A stretch of DNA of 64,000 nt from Bacilli bacterium (GCA_051872395.1 JBJEDU010000031.1:2404-66403), one strand, 5' to 3'. Counted from the stretch's first letter, positions 28,143 to 38,954 are shown. Program-made: numbers and translations. The notes: a model not told the origin generated them from the letters alone.

Positions 28143-30575
28143 ATGAACAAAAACAAATCTAAATCTCTATTTGTCTTAAGCCTTGTTGCACTTTTAGCAA
28201 GTTGCTCCAAAGGCACATCGACTTATACTATTCCTGCAACAGCCAAATACGGTATGGCTGGTAAAACTGCTCGTACAATTTATCGTGCTGCTCTAGCTAC
28301 TTCTGTCGGTAATTTGAATTACTTAAATACACAAGAAGCCGCGCAAGCAAGACACTTTGCTAATTTCATTGATGGCTTATTAATCCATGATGAGTTCGGC
28401 GTTTTACAAAAGAATTTAGCGGAGAGAGTTACCCACAACGAAAACTTTACTTCATTTGAATTCACCGTAAAAACAGGAGTCCCTTGGGTTACATACACTG
28501 GTGAACAATACAGTGCAACCGTCAATGGTCAAAAGACTCCACAATACGTCAGCGCAGAAGACTGGCTCACTACAGCAAAAGCCATTCTTGATGCCTCTAA
28601 TGCATCCACTCTTGCATACTTAGTTAAGAGCTTCGTTAAAGGTGCTGAAGAATACTATCAATATTCAGTTATTAAATACAAAGCTGCTCAAGGTATTTCT
28701 GAATATATTAAAATTGAAAGCAATCCTACCAAATTCGCAGAACGTATTAACTTATTAATTTCTCAAGAAAACCCAACCATTTATAAGTTAGGTAAATACG
28801 ATGTCAACCCAGTTACCGCTGATGATATCGAAAGTATCGCAAATGGTTCAAGACTTGGCATTAAAGTTGATGGTGTTACTTCAACTGGTGGTGGAAAAGT
28901 GACTTATGAATTATATTCATCATCTTCTTGGTTCCCAACCTTATTCACTTATTCCTCATACTTACCAACCAATTCTTACTTCTTAGCGGAAACCAAGTTC
29001 TCACAATTTGGTTCAAATAAAGATAAGTTACTTTATAACGGACCATATTTATTAGACACTGTCGATGAATACAATGTCGTTTACAAAAAGAATCCTAAAT
29101 ACTTCAACCCATCAATCGTCTGTGTTGATGAAGTTAGATATCAAGTATTAAGTGCTTCTATCGATAGTGATTATCTCCGTAAAGAATTCGAAGCTGATCG
29201 TTTAGATGGTTTCGGTTTAAGTTCCAGTGATATGACTGGTTGGAGAAAATACATCATTGGTAATGATGAAGAAAATCCAGGTACAATGTATGACCCTGCT
29301 GACCCACGTGTCAACGCAAGATTATTAGACACTATCGGAAGCATGTATGGTTCAAACGTCGTTCTCGCTAGAGACAAAACAAACACCACAACTTCCTACT
29401 CTACAAAAGGTAGCATCAACTCTGTTATTAATACTGCCAGAGCGTTACAAATCAAAGAAGTCAGAGAAGCTGTATTACACGCTATTGATTACGATGTCTA
29501 TAATACTAGATATTGTGGTACAAATACCGATCCAGAAAGTGATGAAGGTCAATTATTAATGAATCAATACATGGTTCATACCTACACACCAAAAGGATTC
29601 GTTATTGATGACAATGGTGATGATTATGTCACCCATCACTTATACAAAGAATATGCTAAACAATTAGGTATTGATGATGGTATTGCTCAGCTCGAAGCCG
29701 GTGAATCTTTAGAAGGTACTGCTGCTGGATTATTAGAACCAGCCCAATATGCTACCAAACAATTAACCGCTGATGAAGTTTGGGAATTATCATTAAAAGC
29801 ACAAGCAGCAATTGAAAAATACAATGAAACTGCTTCTGCCAAAATTACATATCCTATCAATATTGAATATTTCTCATTATGGTTTGATGAAGAAAGTCAA
29901 ATTTATGACAAAGAAGCTATCAAATCAATGAACTTGAGACTTAACAATACTACGACAACACTTGAAACATATCCAATCTTCAACGTTATCCCAACCGATA
30001 AGATCAACTCTAGTAACTACGAAACAGTTTCTAGAAATGGATGTTGGGATTACGCACCAGTTCAATGGGGATGGGGCGCTGACTATGGTGATCCATTATC
30101 ATACATGAACACTTATGTTAAAGGTGGAGACTGGGGAGATGTCTTCCCATATATCAACTTAGATTACGTTGATAACTATTATGTCGATAGTAACGGACAA
30201 TTAGTCCACGAAGACTTATTAGAAAGATACACTGCGAAAGTTGCAGAAGCTGCTGCAGAAACTCTTGATACTAACACAAGATTCGATTTATTCGCTGAAG
30301 CAGAATACATGCTCTTAAATGAACTTCAAATCTATATGCCACAAGTCAACTATGGTCAAGGTTGGAGCGTTACTCTTTCTAGAGCGGCTGGTTATGAAAC
30401 CCCAACTGCTTCCTATGGTTTAAGTAATGATCGTTTAACTGGCTTATATGTCTTGAACGAAGTCTTAACCCGTGATGAAAGAAACACCATCCGTAACAAC
30501 CAAGCTGAAGCTAAAGAAGAATATTTAGCGGAATTACGTGCTGCTGGCAAAGGTGCGATGAACATCTACGATTAA
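28143..30575 (+). CDS. oppA: Oligopeptide ABC transporter substrate-binding lipoprotein (family 5 SBP, enlarged)
   Basis: Lipobox LLAS|C and 810 aa. It precedes oppBCDF. Codon usage looks biased toward highly expressed genes. Confidence 0.75.
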   Translation: MNKNKSKSLFVLSLVALLASCSKGTSTYTIPATAKYGMAGKTARTIYRAALATSVGNLNYLNTQEAAQARHFANFIDGLLIHDEFGVLQKNLAERVTHNENFTSFEFTVKTGVPWVTYTGEQYSATVNGQKTPQYVSAEDWLTTAKAILDASNASTLAYLVKSFVKGAEEYYQYSVIKYKAAQGISEYIKIESNPTKFAERINLLISQENPTIYKLGKYDVNPVTADDIESIANGSRLGIKVDGVTSTGGGKVTYELYSSSSWFPTLFTYSSYLPTNSYFLAETKFSQFGSNKDKLLYNGPYLLDTVDEYNVVYKKNPKYFNPSIVCVDEVRYQVLSASIDSDYLRKEFEADRLDGFGLSSSDMTGWRKYIIGNDEENPGTMYDPADPRVNARLLDTIGSMYGSNVVLARDKTNTTTSYSTKGSINSVINTARALQIKEVREAVLHAIDYDVYNTRYCGTNTDPESDEGQLLMNQYMVHTYTPKGFVIDDNGDDYVTHHLYKEYAKQLGIDDGIAQLEAGESLEGTAAGLLEPAQYATKQLTADEVWELSLKAQAAIEKYNETASAKITYPINIEYFSLWFDEESQIYDKEAIKSMNLRLNNTTTTLETYPIFNVIPTDKINSSNYETVSRNGCWDYAPVQWGWGADYGDPLSYMNTYVKGGDWGDVFPYINLDYVDNYYVDSNGQLVHEDLLERYTAKVAEAAAETLDTNTRFDLFAEAEYMLLNELQIYMPQVNYGQGWSVTLSRAAGYETPTASYGLSNDRLTGLYVLNEVLTRDERNTIRNNQAEAKEEYLAELRAAGKGAMNIYD

Positions 30576-30626
30576 TTCGATAGTTATTATCTATATTAAT
30601 AATATTTATAATTAATCATTTTTAAT

Positions 30627-30671
30627 AAATTAGGGTCGGGCGACTATCATTTGTAGTCGCCTCCCTAATTT
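30627..30671 (+). promoter_or_regulatory. Strong intercistronic stem-loop between oppA and oppB (partial terminator or mRNA stabiliser)
   Basis: 17 bp in two helices: AAATTAGGG/CCCTAATTT and GGCGACTA/TAGTCGCC. No clean T-run follows. Confidence 0.65.
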
Positions 30672-30695
30672 ATTCGACTTTATAAGGAGGATAAT

Positions 30696-31868
30696 ATGAC
30701 AACATATTTAGTAGGATATACATTTATTATTGCCATTGTATTATTTGTTATATTTTCTATTCTTGTTAAAAAAAGAGTCTTATTTGGCAACACTCCTGCC
30801 ATGCAAAAAATATTCGCACATCCACTTCTTCACTATTCATTAAGAAGAATTGGTTCAGCCTTAATTTCAGTCTCATTAGCGATTATTGTTACTTTTTTCT
30901 TAGTAAGATTAGCTCAACCACCGGATGCGACATGTATCCACAAATTTGTTACCCCTCAAACCCCTGTTGATAGTCTTTCCTTCCAACTTAGATGTAACAA
31001 CTGGAAAGAGAATATGGGTTTCAGTGGTTCAATACTTGAACAATTATTTAATTTCTTTTATTCTGTATTACCATTCCCAAAAATGCGATGTATTACAGAA
31101 ATTGATACTTCAACTGGATTATATACAGTTTTTAGTTGTCGTAATTTCGTCTTCGACTTTGGACGAGTTTATTCGATTCCAGGTGTCCCAGATGGAACAT
31201 TCGTTTTAGATTATATGAGTTCGAGAATGGTGACTTCATTTAAAATTGGTATTTTAGCGGTCATCATCGAACTAGCTTTAGGTTATCCATTTGGTATTTT
31301 AATGGCTAAATATCAAAATGGTGTTTTTGATAAAATAGGCAAAGCCTATATTATCTCAATTGATGCGATTCCAGGCGTAGCGTATTACTACATTTGGATG
31401 AGTATTTTCTGTTCACTCATGAAAATGCCTTCTCGATATGAAGCTGGCAATTTCTTATCATGGCTCCCAATCATTTTGACGATGGGATTCACTGGTATGG
31501 CTGGCATTGGTTTATGGGTTAGGCGTTACATGGTTGATGAATTCAACTCTGATTATGTCAAATTTGCTCGTAGTAAAGGTTTATCGGAAAACCGAATATT
31601 ACGAATTCATATATTGAGAAATGCGGTCGTCCCTTTAGTGAGAACTTTCCCTTCCGCGGTTATTGGTGCTTTGATGGGTACTTATTATCTTGAAAACATC
31701 TACGCGGTCAATGGTATTGGTCAAGCAATTATTACCGCGAATGATACGAAAAATGCTTGTTTGTTACAAGGTGTTATTATCGTTTCTGCGTTGTTATCGA
31801 TTTTCTCTTATTTATTAGGTGATATCGTTACAGCGATGGTCGATCCTCGTATTAGCTTTACTAAATAG
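30696..31868 (+). CDS. oppB: Oligopeptide ABC transporter permease
   Basis: The motif FARSKGLSENRILRIHILRNAVVPLV is typical of OppB/DppB. At 390 aa it has an extended loop after TM1. Confidence 0.88.
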   Translation: MTTYLVGYTFIIAIVLFVIFSILVKKRVLFGNTPAMQKIFAHPLLHYSLRRIGSALISVSLAIIVTFFLVRLAQPPDATCIHKFVTPQTPVDSLSFQLRCNNWKENMGFSGSILEQLFNFFYSVLPFPKMRCITEIDTSTGLYTVFSCRNFVFDFGRVYSIPGVPDGTFVLDYMSSRMVTSFKIGILAVIIELALGYPFGILMAKYQNGVFDKIGKAYIISIDAIPGVAYYYIWMSIFCSLMKMPSRYEAGNFLSWLPIILTMGFTGMAGIGLWVRRYMVDEFNSDYVKFARSKGLSENRILRIHILRNAVVPLVRTFPSAVIGALMGTYYLENIYAVNGIGQAIITANDTKNACLLQGVIIVSALLSIFSYLLGDIVTAMVDPRISFTK

Positions 31869-31882
31869 AAAGGAGTCACATT

Positions 31883-32977
31883 ATGAAGAAAAAGAATAAA
31901 AAAGTAAATCCAGATAATGATTTATTTACTCTATATAATGATGACGCTCGACTTGCGAGTACAGTATCGAGTGAATCGACAATTCCTACCAATCTTGATG
32001 ATTTATTTAAGATTGTTGGCACTGCGGATGATAAAATCGAACAATTAGATTCCGCACCTTATTCATATTGGAGAATGACCTTCAAACAATTATTTAAAAA
32101 TCCGATGGCGATTATTTGCATGGTTCTTCTCGTTTTAATCTTATTTTTTACCATCTTTGGTCCAATGATTAGATTTTTCCCACCTATCGTCAATAACGCG
32201 GGCGTGGTTGAGAAGGGTGTTACTTTCGCTACCAATGATGGTTATTTAAATCCAAATGCGACGAACTGGTTTGGTGTTTGTGGCGCGAATATGGGTAACT
32301 GGTTTAGCGGCACTGATATGTGGAGCTGTGTCTGGAAAGGAACGAGATTATCTTTAGTTTTAGGCACTGTTGTTGCTATCATCGAAATTGTTTTAGGTGT
32401 CGCTATTGGAGCAGCGTGGGGATATTTTAGATGGTTAGACCCAATCCTCATTGAATTTAGAAATTTCGTTAACAATATTCCAACTATCTTACTTGATATT
32501 TTGCTCATGCAATTCTTCCAAGAATACATGGCAAAATATGGTTTCTGGATTATTGTTTTCTTACTTTCAGCGTTGAGTTGGATTTCCTTAGCAAGCTTTG
32601 TTAGAAACCAAATCATTATTATTCGTAATCGTGAATACAATATTGCTTCTCAAACTTTAGGAAGTAGTTCTGTTACGATGATTACTCATAACTTATTACC
32701 ATACCTCATCAGCGTTATTGTTACTGTTGTTTCAACAGCCATTCCTTCAGCGATTAGCGCAGAAGTTGGTCTCGCCTTCTTCAACTTATCATTCAAGATT
32801 AGTGATGGCGCTATTACTTTAGGTCAAGTGTTAACAAAAGCTGTTTCAAATAATGCTTGGGTACAACATCCATATTTATTAATTGGTCCTTTGGTGGTCA
32901 TGGTTCCTTTGACGGTTGCCTTCTTCTATTTAGGCCTCGCTTTAGCGGACGCGACTGACCCGAAGACGCATCGATAG
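31883..32977 (+). CDS. oppC: Oligopeptide ABC transporter permease
   Basis: OppC-type motif EYNIASQTLGSSSVTMITHNLLPYL, plus an N-terminal extension. Confidence 0.88.
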   Translation: MKKKNKKVNPDNDLFTLYNDDARLASTVSSESTIPTNLDDLFKIVGTADDKIEQLDSAPYSYWRMTFKQLFKNPMAIICMVLLVLILFFTIFGPMIRFFPPIVNNAGVVEKGVTFATNDGYLNPNATNWFGVCGANMGNWFSGTDMWSCVWKGTRLSLVLGTVVAIIEIVLGVAIGAAWGYFRWLDPILIEFRNFVNNIPTILLDILLMQFFQEYMAKYGFWIIVFLLSALSWISLASFVRNQIIIIRNREYNIASQTLGSSSVTMITHNLLPYLISVIVTVVSTAIPSAISAEVGLAFFNLSFKISDGAITLGQVLTKAVSNNAWVQHPYLLIGPLVVMVPLTVAFFYLGLALADATDPKTHR

Positions 32978-32990
32978 GAGGTAAAAATAA

Positions 32991-34151
32991 ATGAAAAAAG
33001 ATATTGAAAAATTACCTCTTGAAGAAAAAATAAAAATTTTAAGACAAGGTGCGATGGTGGATTATGTTTCTGATCCAGACAGAGAACCTTTAATTAAAGT
33101 TAGAAATTTATCTGTCGGTTTCGTCACTAGAGGAAAGAAAACCCATGTTATTAGAAATGTTAGCCTCGATGTTTATAAAGGTGAAACACTCGCGATCGTT
33201 GGTGAATCTGGTTCAGGTAAATCTGTCTTTACCAAAACTTTTACTGGTATGCTCGATAGCAACGGTAAAATTTTAGGTGGAGAAATCTTATTTGATGGTA
33301 TGGATTTAGCGTCTTTTAAAACTAATGAAGATTGGTTACAAATTCGTGGTAAAAGAATCGCGACAATTTTCCAAGACCCTATGACTTCATTAAATCCTCT
33401 TCTCACTATTGGTTATCAAATTTCAGAAGTATTGATTTTACATCATCATTTAAGTAAAGAAGAAGCTAAGAAAGAAGCTATTAGTTTACTTCAAAAAGTT
33501 AAGATTCCTAACGCTGAAGAAAGATATGATGATTATCCATTCCAATATTCTGGTGGTATGCGTCAAAGAGTGGTTATCGCTATCGCACTTGCGTGTCGTC
33601 CAGAAATCTTAATTTGTGATGAACCTACAACCGCGTTAGATGTTACTGTTCAAGCACAAATTATTAAATTAATTAAAGACTTACAAAAAGAATATGGTTG
33701 GACCACAATTTTCATTACTCATGACTTAGGTGTTGTCGCTAATATCGCTGACCGCATCGCGGTTATGTATGGTGGTCAAATCATTGAATATGGCACTGTT
33801 AAGGAAGTTTTCTATCATCCTGAACATCCTTATACTTGGGCTTTATTATGTTCTTTACCTCAACTTGGTACTAAGGATGAACCTTTAAGTTATATTAAAG
33901 GTAATCCACCTAGTTTCGGTAAAGAAATAATTGGTGATCCTTTTGCTCCTAGAAATGAATATGCGATGAATATCGATTTCGTTTTAGAGCCACCTTGTTT
34001 TATGGTTTCTCCAACCCACTGGGCAAAAACTTGGTTATTATCTCCAGTCGCTCCTAAAGTGGAAAAACCAAAAGTTATTCGTGAACTTCATATTAGAATG
34101 AAAAAGGCCGCGGAAGAATTAGAAAGACAGGAGGGAAATATCGATGAGTGA
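32991..34151 (+). CDS. oppD: Oligopeptide ABC transporter ATP-binding protein
   Basis: Walker A GESGSGKS, signature YSGGMRQR, Walker B ILICDEPTTALD and an oligopeptide C-terminal domain (HPYTWALL). Confidence 0.92.
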   Translation: MKKDIEKLPLEEKIKILRQGAMVDYVSDPDREPLIKVRNLSVGFVTRGKKTHVIRNVSLDVYKGETLAIVGESGSGKSVFTKTFTGMLDSNGKILGGEILFDGMDLASFKTNEDWLQIRGKRIATIFQDPMTSLNPLLTIGYQISEVLILHHHLSKEEAKKEAISLLQKVKIPNAEERYDDYPFQYSGGMRQRVVIAIALACRPEILICDEPTTALDVTVQAQIIKLIKDLQKEYGWTTIFITHDLGVVANIADRIAVMYGGQIIEYGTVKEVFYHPEHPYTWALLCSLPQLGTKDEPLSYIKGNPPSFGKEIIGDPFAPRNEYAMNIDFVLEPPCFMVSPTHWAKTWLLSPVAPKVEKPKVIRELHIRMKKAAEELERQEGNIDE

Positions 34152-35142
34152 AATTGAAAAAATGAAGGATATTTTCCAAGAAAACTATGTCGCGGATGAA
34201 CCAATTATTAAAATGAGAGATGTCAAAATCTCATTTAAAGTTGGTACGATGGAACGTATTGTTATCAATCATTTAAATTTAGATATTAAACGTGGTGAAA
34301 TTCTTGGTTTAGTCGGTGAATCTGGTTCTGGAAAAACGACAATTGGTCGTGCAATTATGAGAATCAATCAAGTTTCTGGTGGAGAAATTTTATATAACAA
34401 CGTTAGAATTTCTGGAAAGATTAATAGAGATGTAGAACGTTTATTAAAAACTAAACAACAAATGATTTTCCAAGATCCAGGTGATTCTTTAAATGACCGT
34501 GCGAATATTGACTATATCGTGTCTGAAGGTCTTCGTGCTTTTAAATTATATAAAAACGATGAAGAAAGACTTCAAAAAGTTATTGATATGATGGTTAAGG
34601 TTGGTTTAAGACCAGAACACCTTACTCGTTTCCCACATGAATTCTCAGGTGGTCAACGTCAAAGAATTGGTATCGCTCGATGCATGATTATGAACCCTGA
34701 ATTAGTCGTCGCGGATGAACCAATTTCCGCGTTGGATGTTTCTATTCGTGCTCAAGTTTTAAACTTGATTAAACAATTCCAACAAGAAAATAATATGACC
34801 GTTTTATTTATCGCTCACGACTTGAGTGTTGTTAAATACATTTCAGATCGTATCGCGGTCATCCATTCTGGTAAGATTGTTGAACTTACAAGTGCGACAA
34901 GATTATTTGAAGCACCTTTACATCCATATACTAAATCTTTATTATCTGCAGTTCCTATTCCAGACCCAGATATTGAAAGTAAAAAGAAAATTATTACATA
35001 CAATCCTTTAACTGCTCATCATTACACTAAAAATGACCTTCCTGATTTACGAGAAATCGAACCAGGACACTTTGTTAGATGTAATAATGAAGAATTTAAT
35101 CGTTATAAAAAAGAACTTGAAAGAATGGGAGGTAATAACTAA
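34144..35142 (+). CDS. oppF: Oligopeptide ABC transporter ATP-binding protein
   Basis: Walker A GESGSGKTT, signature FSGGQRQR, Walker B VVADEPISALD and HPYTKSLL. Overlaps oppD by 8 nt. Confidence 0.92.
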   Translation: MSEIEKMKDIFQENYVADEPIIKMRDVKISFKVGTMERIVINHLNLDIKRGEILGLVGESGSGKTTIGRAIMRINQVSGGEILYNNVRISGKINRDVERLLKTKQQMIFQDPGDSLNDRANIDYIVSEGLRAFKLYKNDEERLQKVIDMMVKVGLRPEHLTRFPHEFSGGQRQRIGIARCMIMNPELVVADEPISALDVSIRAQVLNLIKQFQQENNMTVLFIAHDLSVVKYISDRIAVIHSGKIVELTSATRLFEAPLHPYTKSLLSAVPIPDPDIESKKKIITYNPLTAHHYTKNDLPDLREIEPGHFVRCNNEEFNRYKKELERMGGNN

Positions 35143-35144
35143 TT

Positions 35145-37364
35145 ATGGCAAAAATGGTACAAGATTTAAGTCAAGATTTTATCTATGAAGATGAAGTTCA
35201 AAATGACCAAAAGCATAAAAAATTGACACCAAAGCAAAGAAATTATGTTATTGGATTATCCATTCTTGGAGTCGCAATTATCCTTATTAGTGTCATCTAC
35301 GCTTTAGCGGCTAATGTGTGGCTCGCTGATTATAAAACCATTGGATATTTAACTTTTGCTTATCCAACTCAAACGGAAGAGGAAAAGGCTAATGGTGTCG
35401 TCACTGAAGCTCAAGTCATTTCAATTGATTTAAATAGTAACTATCCTTCCACCTTTAGAATTCCTTCAGAAATTAAAGGTCATCCAATTACCTCAATCGC
35501 TGATGGAGCGTTCCAAGGTGCGGATAGATTAAAGAAAATTATTATGACCAACAACATTACTTATGTTGGTGATAATGCTTTTGCGGGTTGTACTGAACTT
35601 AAAACCATTCAATGGAGTAAAAATTTATCTCATATTGGTACAAATGCATTTATTAATACTGCCTACGAAGCTAGTTGGGATGAGAATGGTTTTGAAATCG
35701 TCAACAATATTCTTTTGAATGTTGGTTCGAATTATTTCCCTTCTAACACTGTGTTAGTGAATAATGAAAATTCCATCATTCCAGAAGAATATCAAACAAG
35801 TACATATCAAGTTCGATATTTTGATGATTTTTCTCAAGGTGTCGATACTTGGATGAATGGTTTATTCCAAGATAATAGCCATATCGTTTATTTAGAAACT
35901 CCATCATATCTCGATTATATTCCTTTCGATGCTTTCTATGGATGTTCTAATTTAAAAGAAGTTAAACTTGGTGAACATGTTACTTCTTTGTATTCTGGCT
36001 CATTTAAAGATTGTACTTCTCTAACAAAAATCAATTTAGAAAATGTGACTATCATTGAAAGTGAAGCTTTGAAAAACACTAATATTAACTTTAGTTTAGA
36101 TTTAACCAATGTTAAACAAATTGGAGATTCTGCTTTTGAAGGATGTAGTTCTTTAACGGAAGTTACTTATTCTTCCACTGTTACTAAAGTTCCAAATTCC
36201 TTATTTAAAAATTGTAGTTCCTTACAATCTATTACTTTCCCTAATTTTGATAACATGGAATCTTTAGGTGTTTCTTCTTTTGAAAATACAGCATTAAGAA
36301 GTTTTACTGTTCCAAAAAGAATCAATTCCTTAAACGATAGATTATTCGCGAATTGTTCTCAACTTGAAACTGTCTCTTTGTATAACAATACTACGAATAC
36401 ATATTATGAAATTAGTGAAGAAAGTGATGAAGAAGAAGGGGGAGTTTCTGTTACTAAAATTTATGAAGGAGTCAACAGAATAAACGCTTATGTGTTTTAT
36501 AATTGTTCTTCCTTTACTTCATTAAAACTTTATGATGTTAATGGTGATTTAATTCCTGGTTCATCAAATGATGGCGAAATAAATCTTCCTGTTACTGTTA
36601 CTTCTACAAGTAATGCGAATGGTAATGATTTAGGATACGCTTTTGCAAAAACATCAGCCTCCAAAGCCAAAATTAATAAAGAACTTATTACTTTAGGCGA
36701 TTCATTCTTTGAAGACAATACATCGATTAGTGAAGTTGTTTTTGAACAAGGTGAAATTGTTAAAGATGACAATGACAAAGTCATTGATCCAGGTTATAAA
36801 ATTACCTCCATTGGAGAGAAAGCTTTTAAAGGCACCACTAATTTAGTATCCATTAGCATTCCATCCACTGTGACATCATTAGGCACTAATTGTTTTGCTT
36901 ATAGTGGTGTAGAAACAGTGACATTCAATGATCCAATTGGCGATTATAAATCATTATCTTCACTTCAAAATGGAACATTCTCAAATTGTCCTAATTTGAC
37001 CACAGTCAATCTTCCTACAGGCATCAGCATGATCGCTAAAGGAACATTCTCAAATTGTCCCAGTCTTACTTCTCTTTATATTCCAGAAGGAATCAAAACA
37101 TTAAACCAAGGCTCTTTTACTAATTGTGGTAATGAAACTACAAAATTATCTATTTATATTCATAAAACTTTAACTGAATATTTAAGTAGTTCGAATTACT
37201 TCTATGTTAATAGTAAAAAAGAACCACTTTGGTGTGATGATTCTTGTGAAGTATATTTGTATAGCGAAGAGCAACCAACTGCAACTTCACCAGCGTGTAA
37301 AGGATTCTTCCATTTTGATGAAAATGGTGAAATCGCTATTTGGCCCGCTCCAACAGAAGATTAA
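35145..37364 (+). CDS. Membrane-anchored BspA-type leucine-rich-repeat surface protein
   Basis: 739 aa. A short N-terminal tail and one TM helix are followed by many repeats of the type I(G)xxAFxxCxxLxxIxxP. Starts 2 nt after the oppF stop. Confidence 0.8.
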   Translation: MAKMVQDLSQDFIYEDEVQNDQKHKKLTPKQRNYVIGLSILGVAIILISVIYALAANVWLADYKTIGYLTFAYPTQTEEEKANGVVTEAQVISIDLNSNYPSTFRIPSEIKGHPITSIADGAFQGADRLKKIIMTNNITYVGDNAFAGCTELKTIQWSKNLSHIGTNAFINTAYEASWDENGFEIVNNILLNVGSNYFPSNTVLVNNENSIIPEEYQTSTYQVRYFDDFSQGVDTWMNGLFQDNSHIVYLETPSYLDYIPFDAFYGCSNLKEVKLGEHVTSLYSGSFKDCTSLTKINLENVTIIESEALKNTNINFSLDLTNVKQIGDSAFEGCSSLTEVTYSSTVTKVPNSLFKNCSSLQSITFPNFDNMESLGVSSFENTALRSFTVPKRINSLNDRLFANCSQLETVSLYNNTTNTYYEISEESDEEEGGVSVTKIYEGVNRINAYVFYNCSSFTSLKLYDVNGDLIPGSSNDGEINLPVTVTSTSNANGNDLGYAFAKTSASKAKINKELITLGDSFFEDNTSISEVVFEQGEIVKDDNDKVIDPGYKITSIGEKAFKGTTNLVSISIPSTVTSLGTNCFAYSGVETVTFNDPIGDYKSLSSLQNGTFSNCPNLTTVNLPTGISMIAKGTFSNCPSLTSLYIPEGIKTLNQGSFTNCGNETTKLSIYIHKTLTEYLSSSNYFYVNSKKEPLWCDDSCEVYLYSEEQPTATSPACKGFFHFDENGEIAIWPAPTED

Positions 37365-37383
37365 AATTTTGTTAATTTAACTT

Positions 37384-37421
37384 AAAAGTGACGATTAGTA
37401 GAAAAAATCGTCACTTTTTTA
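37384..37421. terminator. Bidirectional intrinsic terminator between the LRR gene and the flippase gene
   Basis: 13-bp stem AAAAGTGACGATT / AATCGTCACTTTT, flanked by A-rich sequence on one side and a T-run on the other. Confidence 0.85.
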
Positions 37422-37445
37422 TTTCCTATTATTTAATATTTACTA

Positions 37446-38954
37446 TTAAATTGGTTTTGGCTTTTTTCTAATAAATGAATAAATTAAATCTTCTTTTAAT
37501 ATTAGAAGTGTACCAATATAAATAATCGCATCTACTGCGACAATAATGATTAGTCTTAATAAATAAATTAATGAAGTTGAAGTTATGAAATTATTTAATA
37601 ATAATTCAACTGGATGATATAAGAGAAGAGAAGCAACGGTAATTAAAATTCCTGCGATAAGTATTTTAAGTGTATTCATATTAAATAATGCTTTTTTAAT
37701 ATATTTCCATGAATAAATCGCTAAATAAGTAAAAACACATAATTCTGATATTAATGTCGCGATAGCGATACCTATCGCAGGATTATTTTTAAATACGAAT
37801 ATTCCAAATATTAAAGATAAAATTAGATTCAAACCGCTGCCACAAAGCAATGCGTATAAATAATGTTTTTCTTTCTTCATTGGAAGTAATATTTGACCAT
37901 ATATCATGTCTGATAAAGAATATGTCAGCATCATGATAGATAAAATAATTAAGACATATTTCGCGCTTCCATAACTGGAATTGATATCGCTTGAGAAATT
38001 TCCAGAAATTAAACTGGTAATATCTTGACTTAAGATAGACATAGTAATTATTGCGGGAACAACAATAAATAAACAAATGTTCATCGAGTATCGAGTTAAG
38101 TTAAAGAAAAATCTTTTATCTTCTTTTTCATAATAATACGCACTTCGAGGAACGAAGACTGTCGATAAAGAAGTCATGATAGATATGATAATATCGATTC
38201 CTTTAACACCAACAGAATATGAGGCAACTTCTTTTTTACTTTCATCGATAAAACCTAATGTAAATGTATCAATTTGATTATATAAAGATATGACAAAACT
38301 GATGACAGTGAGATTTATCATCGGCCTTATGAACATTTTTAAGTTATAAGGCATAGTTTTCTTAAAAGAAATATATTTTTTTGCGTTAATTAAATTGACG
38401 ATTGTTGTAATCGCAGTATAAAGCGTGGTCAATAATGCGTAAATATAAATATCACTTGGAGAAGTGACAAAAGTCACGACTAAAATCGCTGATAAAGAAA
38501 GAGTGATGATCGAGCGAATAGCCATATAAAATTGCTTTTCTAACGCAATAAATAACCATTCAAAAGAAAATGCACCAGTTAAGAAATTTAACGATAATAA
38601 AAATATTAATGTGTAATTTTCTTTTAATGCTGGAACCATTAAAACAGTTATAGACATTAAAATGAAAGATATGATTGTTGTACACATTTGAATAATGACA
38701 AAAAGTTGTGCGACATTCGATAATTTTTCTTTATCATCACGAACTTTAACACATTCTCTTAAAGCGAGATTTGGAATACCAACTTTCGCTAAAATTAAAA
38801 AATATCCAATAAAGGTATTAATCCAGGTGTAAACACCTACCATTTCATCGCCTAAATAACGACATACCCATGGGAAAGTTATAAAAGACAATAATGTTAA
38901 AACAATAGTTCTAATAATATTGACAATAACGTTGATACGTATATTTTCTTTCAT
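37446..38954 (-). CDS. Polysaccharide/oligosaccharide flippase (Wzx-like, MOP superfamily)
   Basis: 502 aa with about 14 hydrophobic helices. Adjacent to three glycosyltransferase genes. Confidence 0.7.
   Translation of the reverse strand: MKENIRINVIVNIIRTIVLTLLSFITFPWVCRYLGDEMVGVYTWINTFIGYFLILAKVGIPNLALRECVKVRDDKEKLSNVAQLFVIIQMCTTIISFILMSITVLMVPALKENYTLIFLLSLNFLTGAFSFEWLFIALEKQFYMAIRSIITLSLSAILVVTFVTSPSDIYIYALLTTLYTAITTIVNLINAKKYISFKKTMPYNLKMFIRPMINLTVISFVISLYNQIDTFTLGFIDESKKEVASYSVGVKGIDIIISIMTSLSTVFVPRSAYYYEKEDKRFFFNLTRYSMNICLFIVVPAIITMSILSQDITSLISGNFSSDINSSYGSAKYVLIILSIMMLTYSLSDMIYGQILLPMKKEKHYLYALLCGSGLNLILSLIFGIFVFKNNPAIGIAIATLISELCVFTYLAIYSWKYIKKALFNMNTLKILIAGILITVASLLLYHPVELLLNNFITSTSLIYLLRLIIIVAVDAIIYIGTLLILKEDLIYSFIRKKPKPI

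Noticed and set aside
28143-30575. oppA looks compositionally different from its neighbours (more GC and different codon choice), which could suggest horizontal transfer.
   Set aside because: The bias is toward codons typical of highly expressed genes (GGT, GCT, CGT, AAC, TAC, TTC), and the gene sits in an intact opp operon. Expression-linked codon bias is the simpler explanation. A codon adaptation calculation would settle it.
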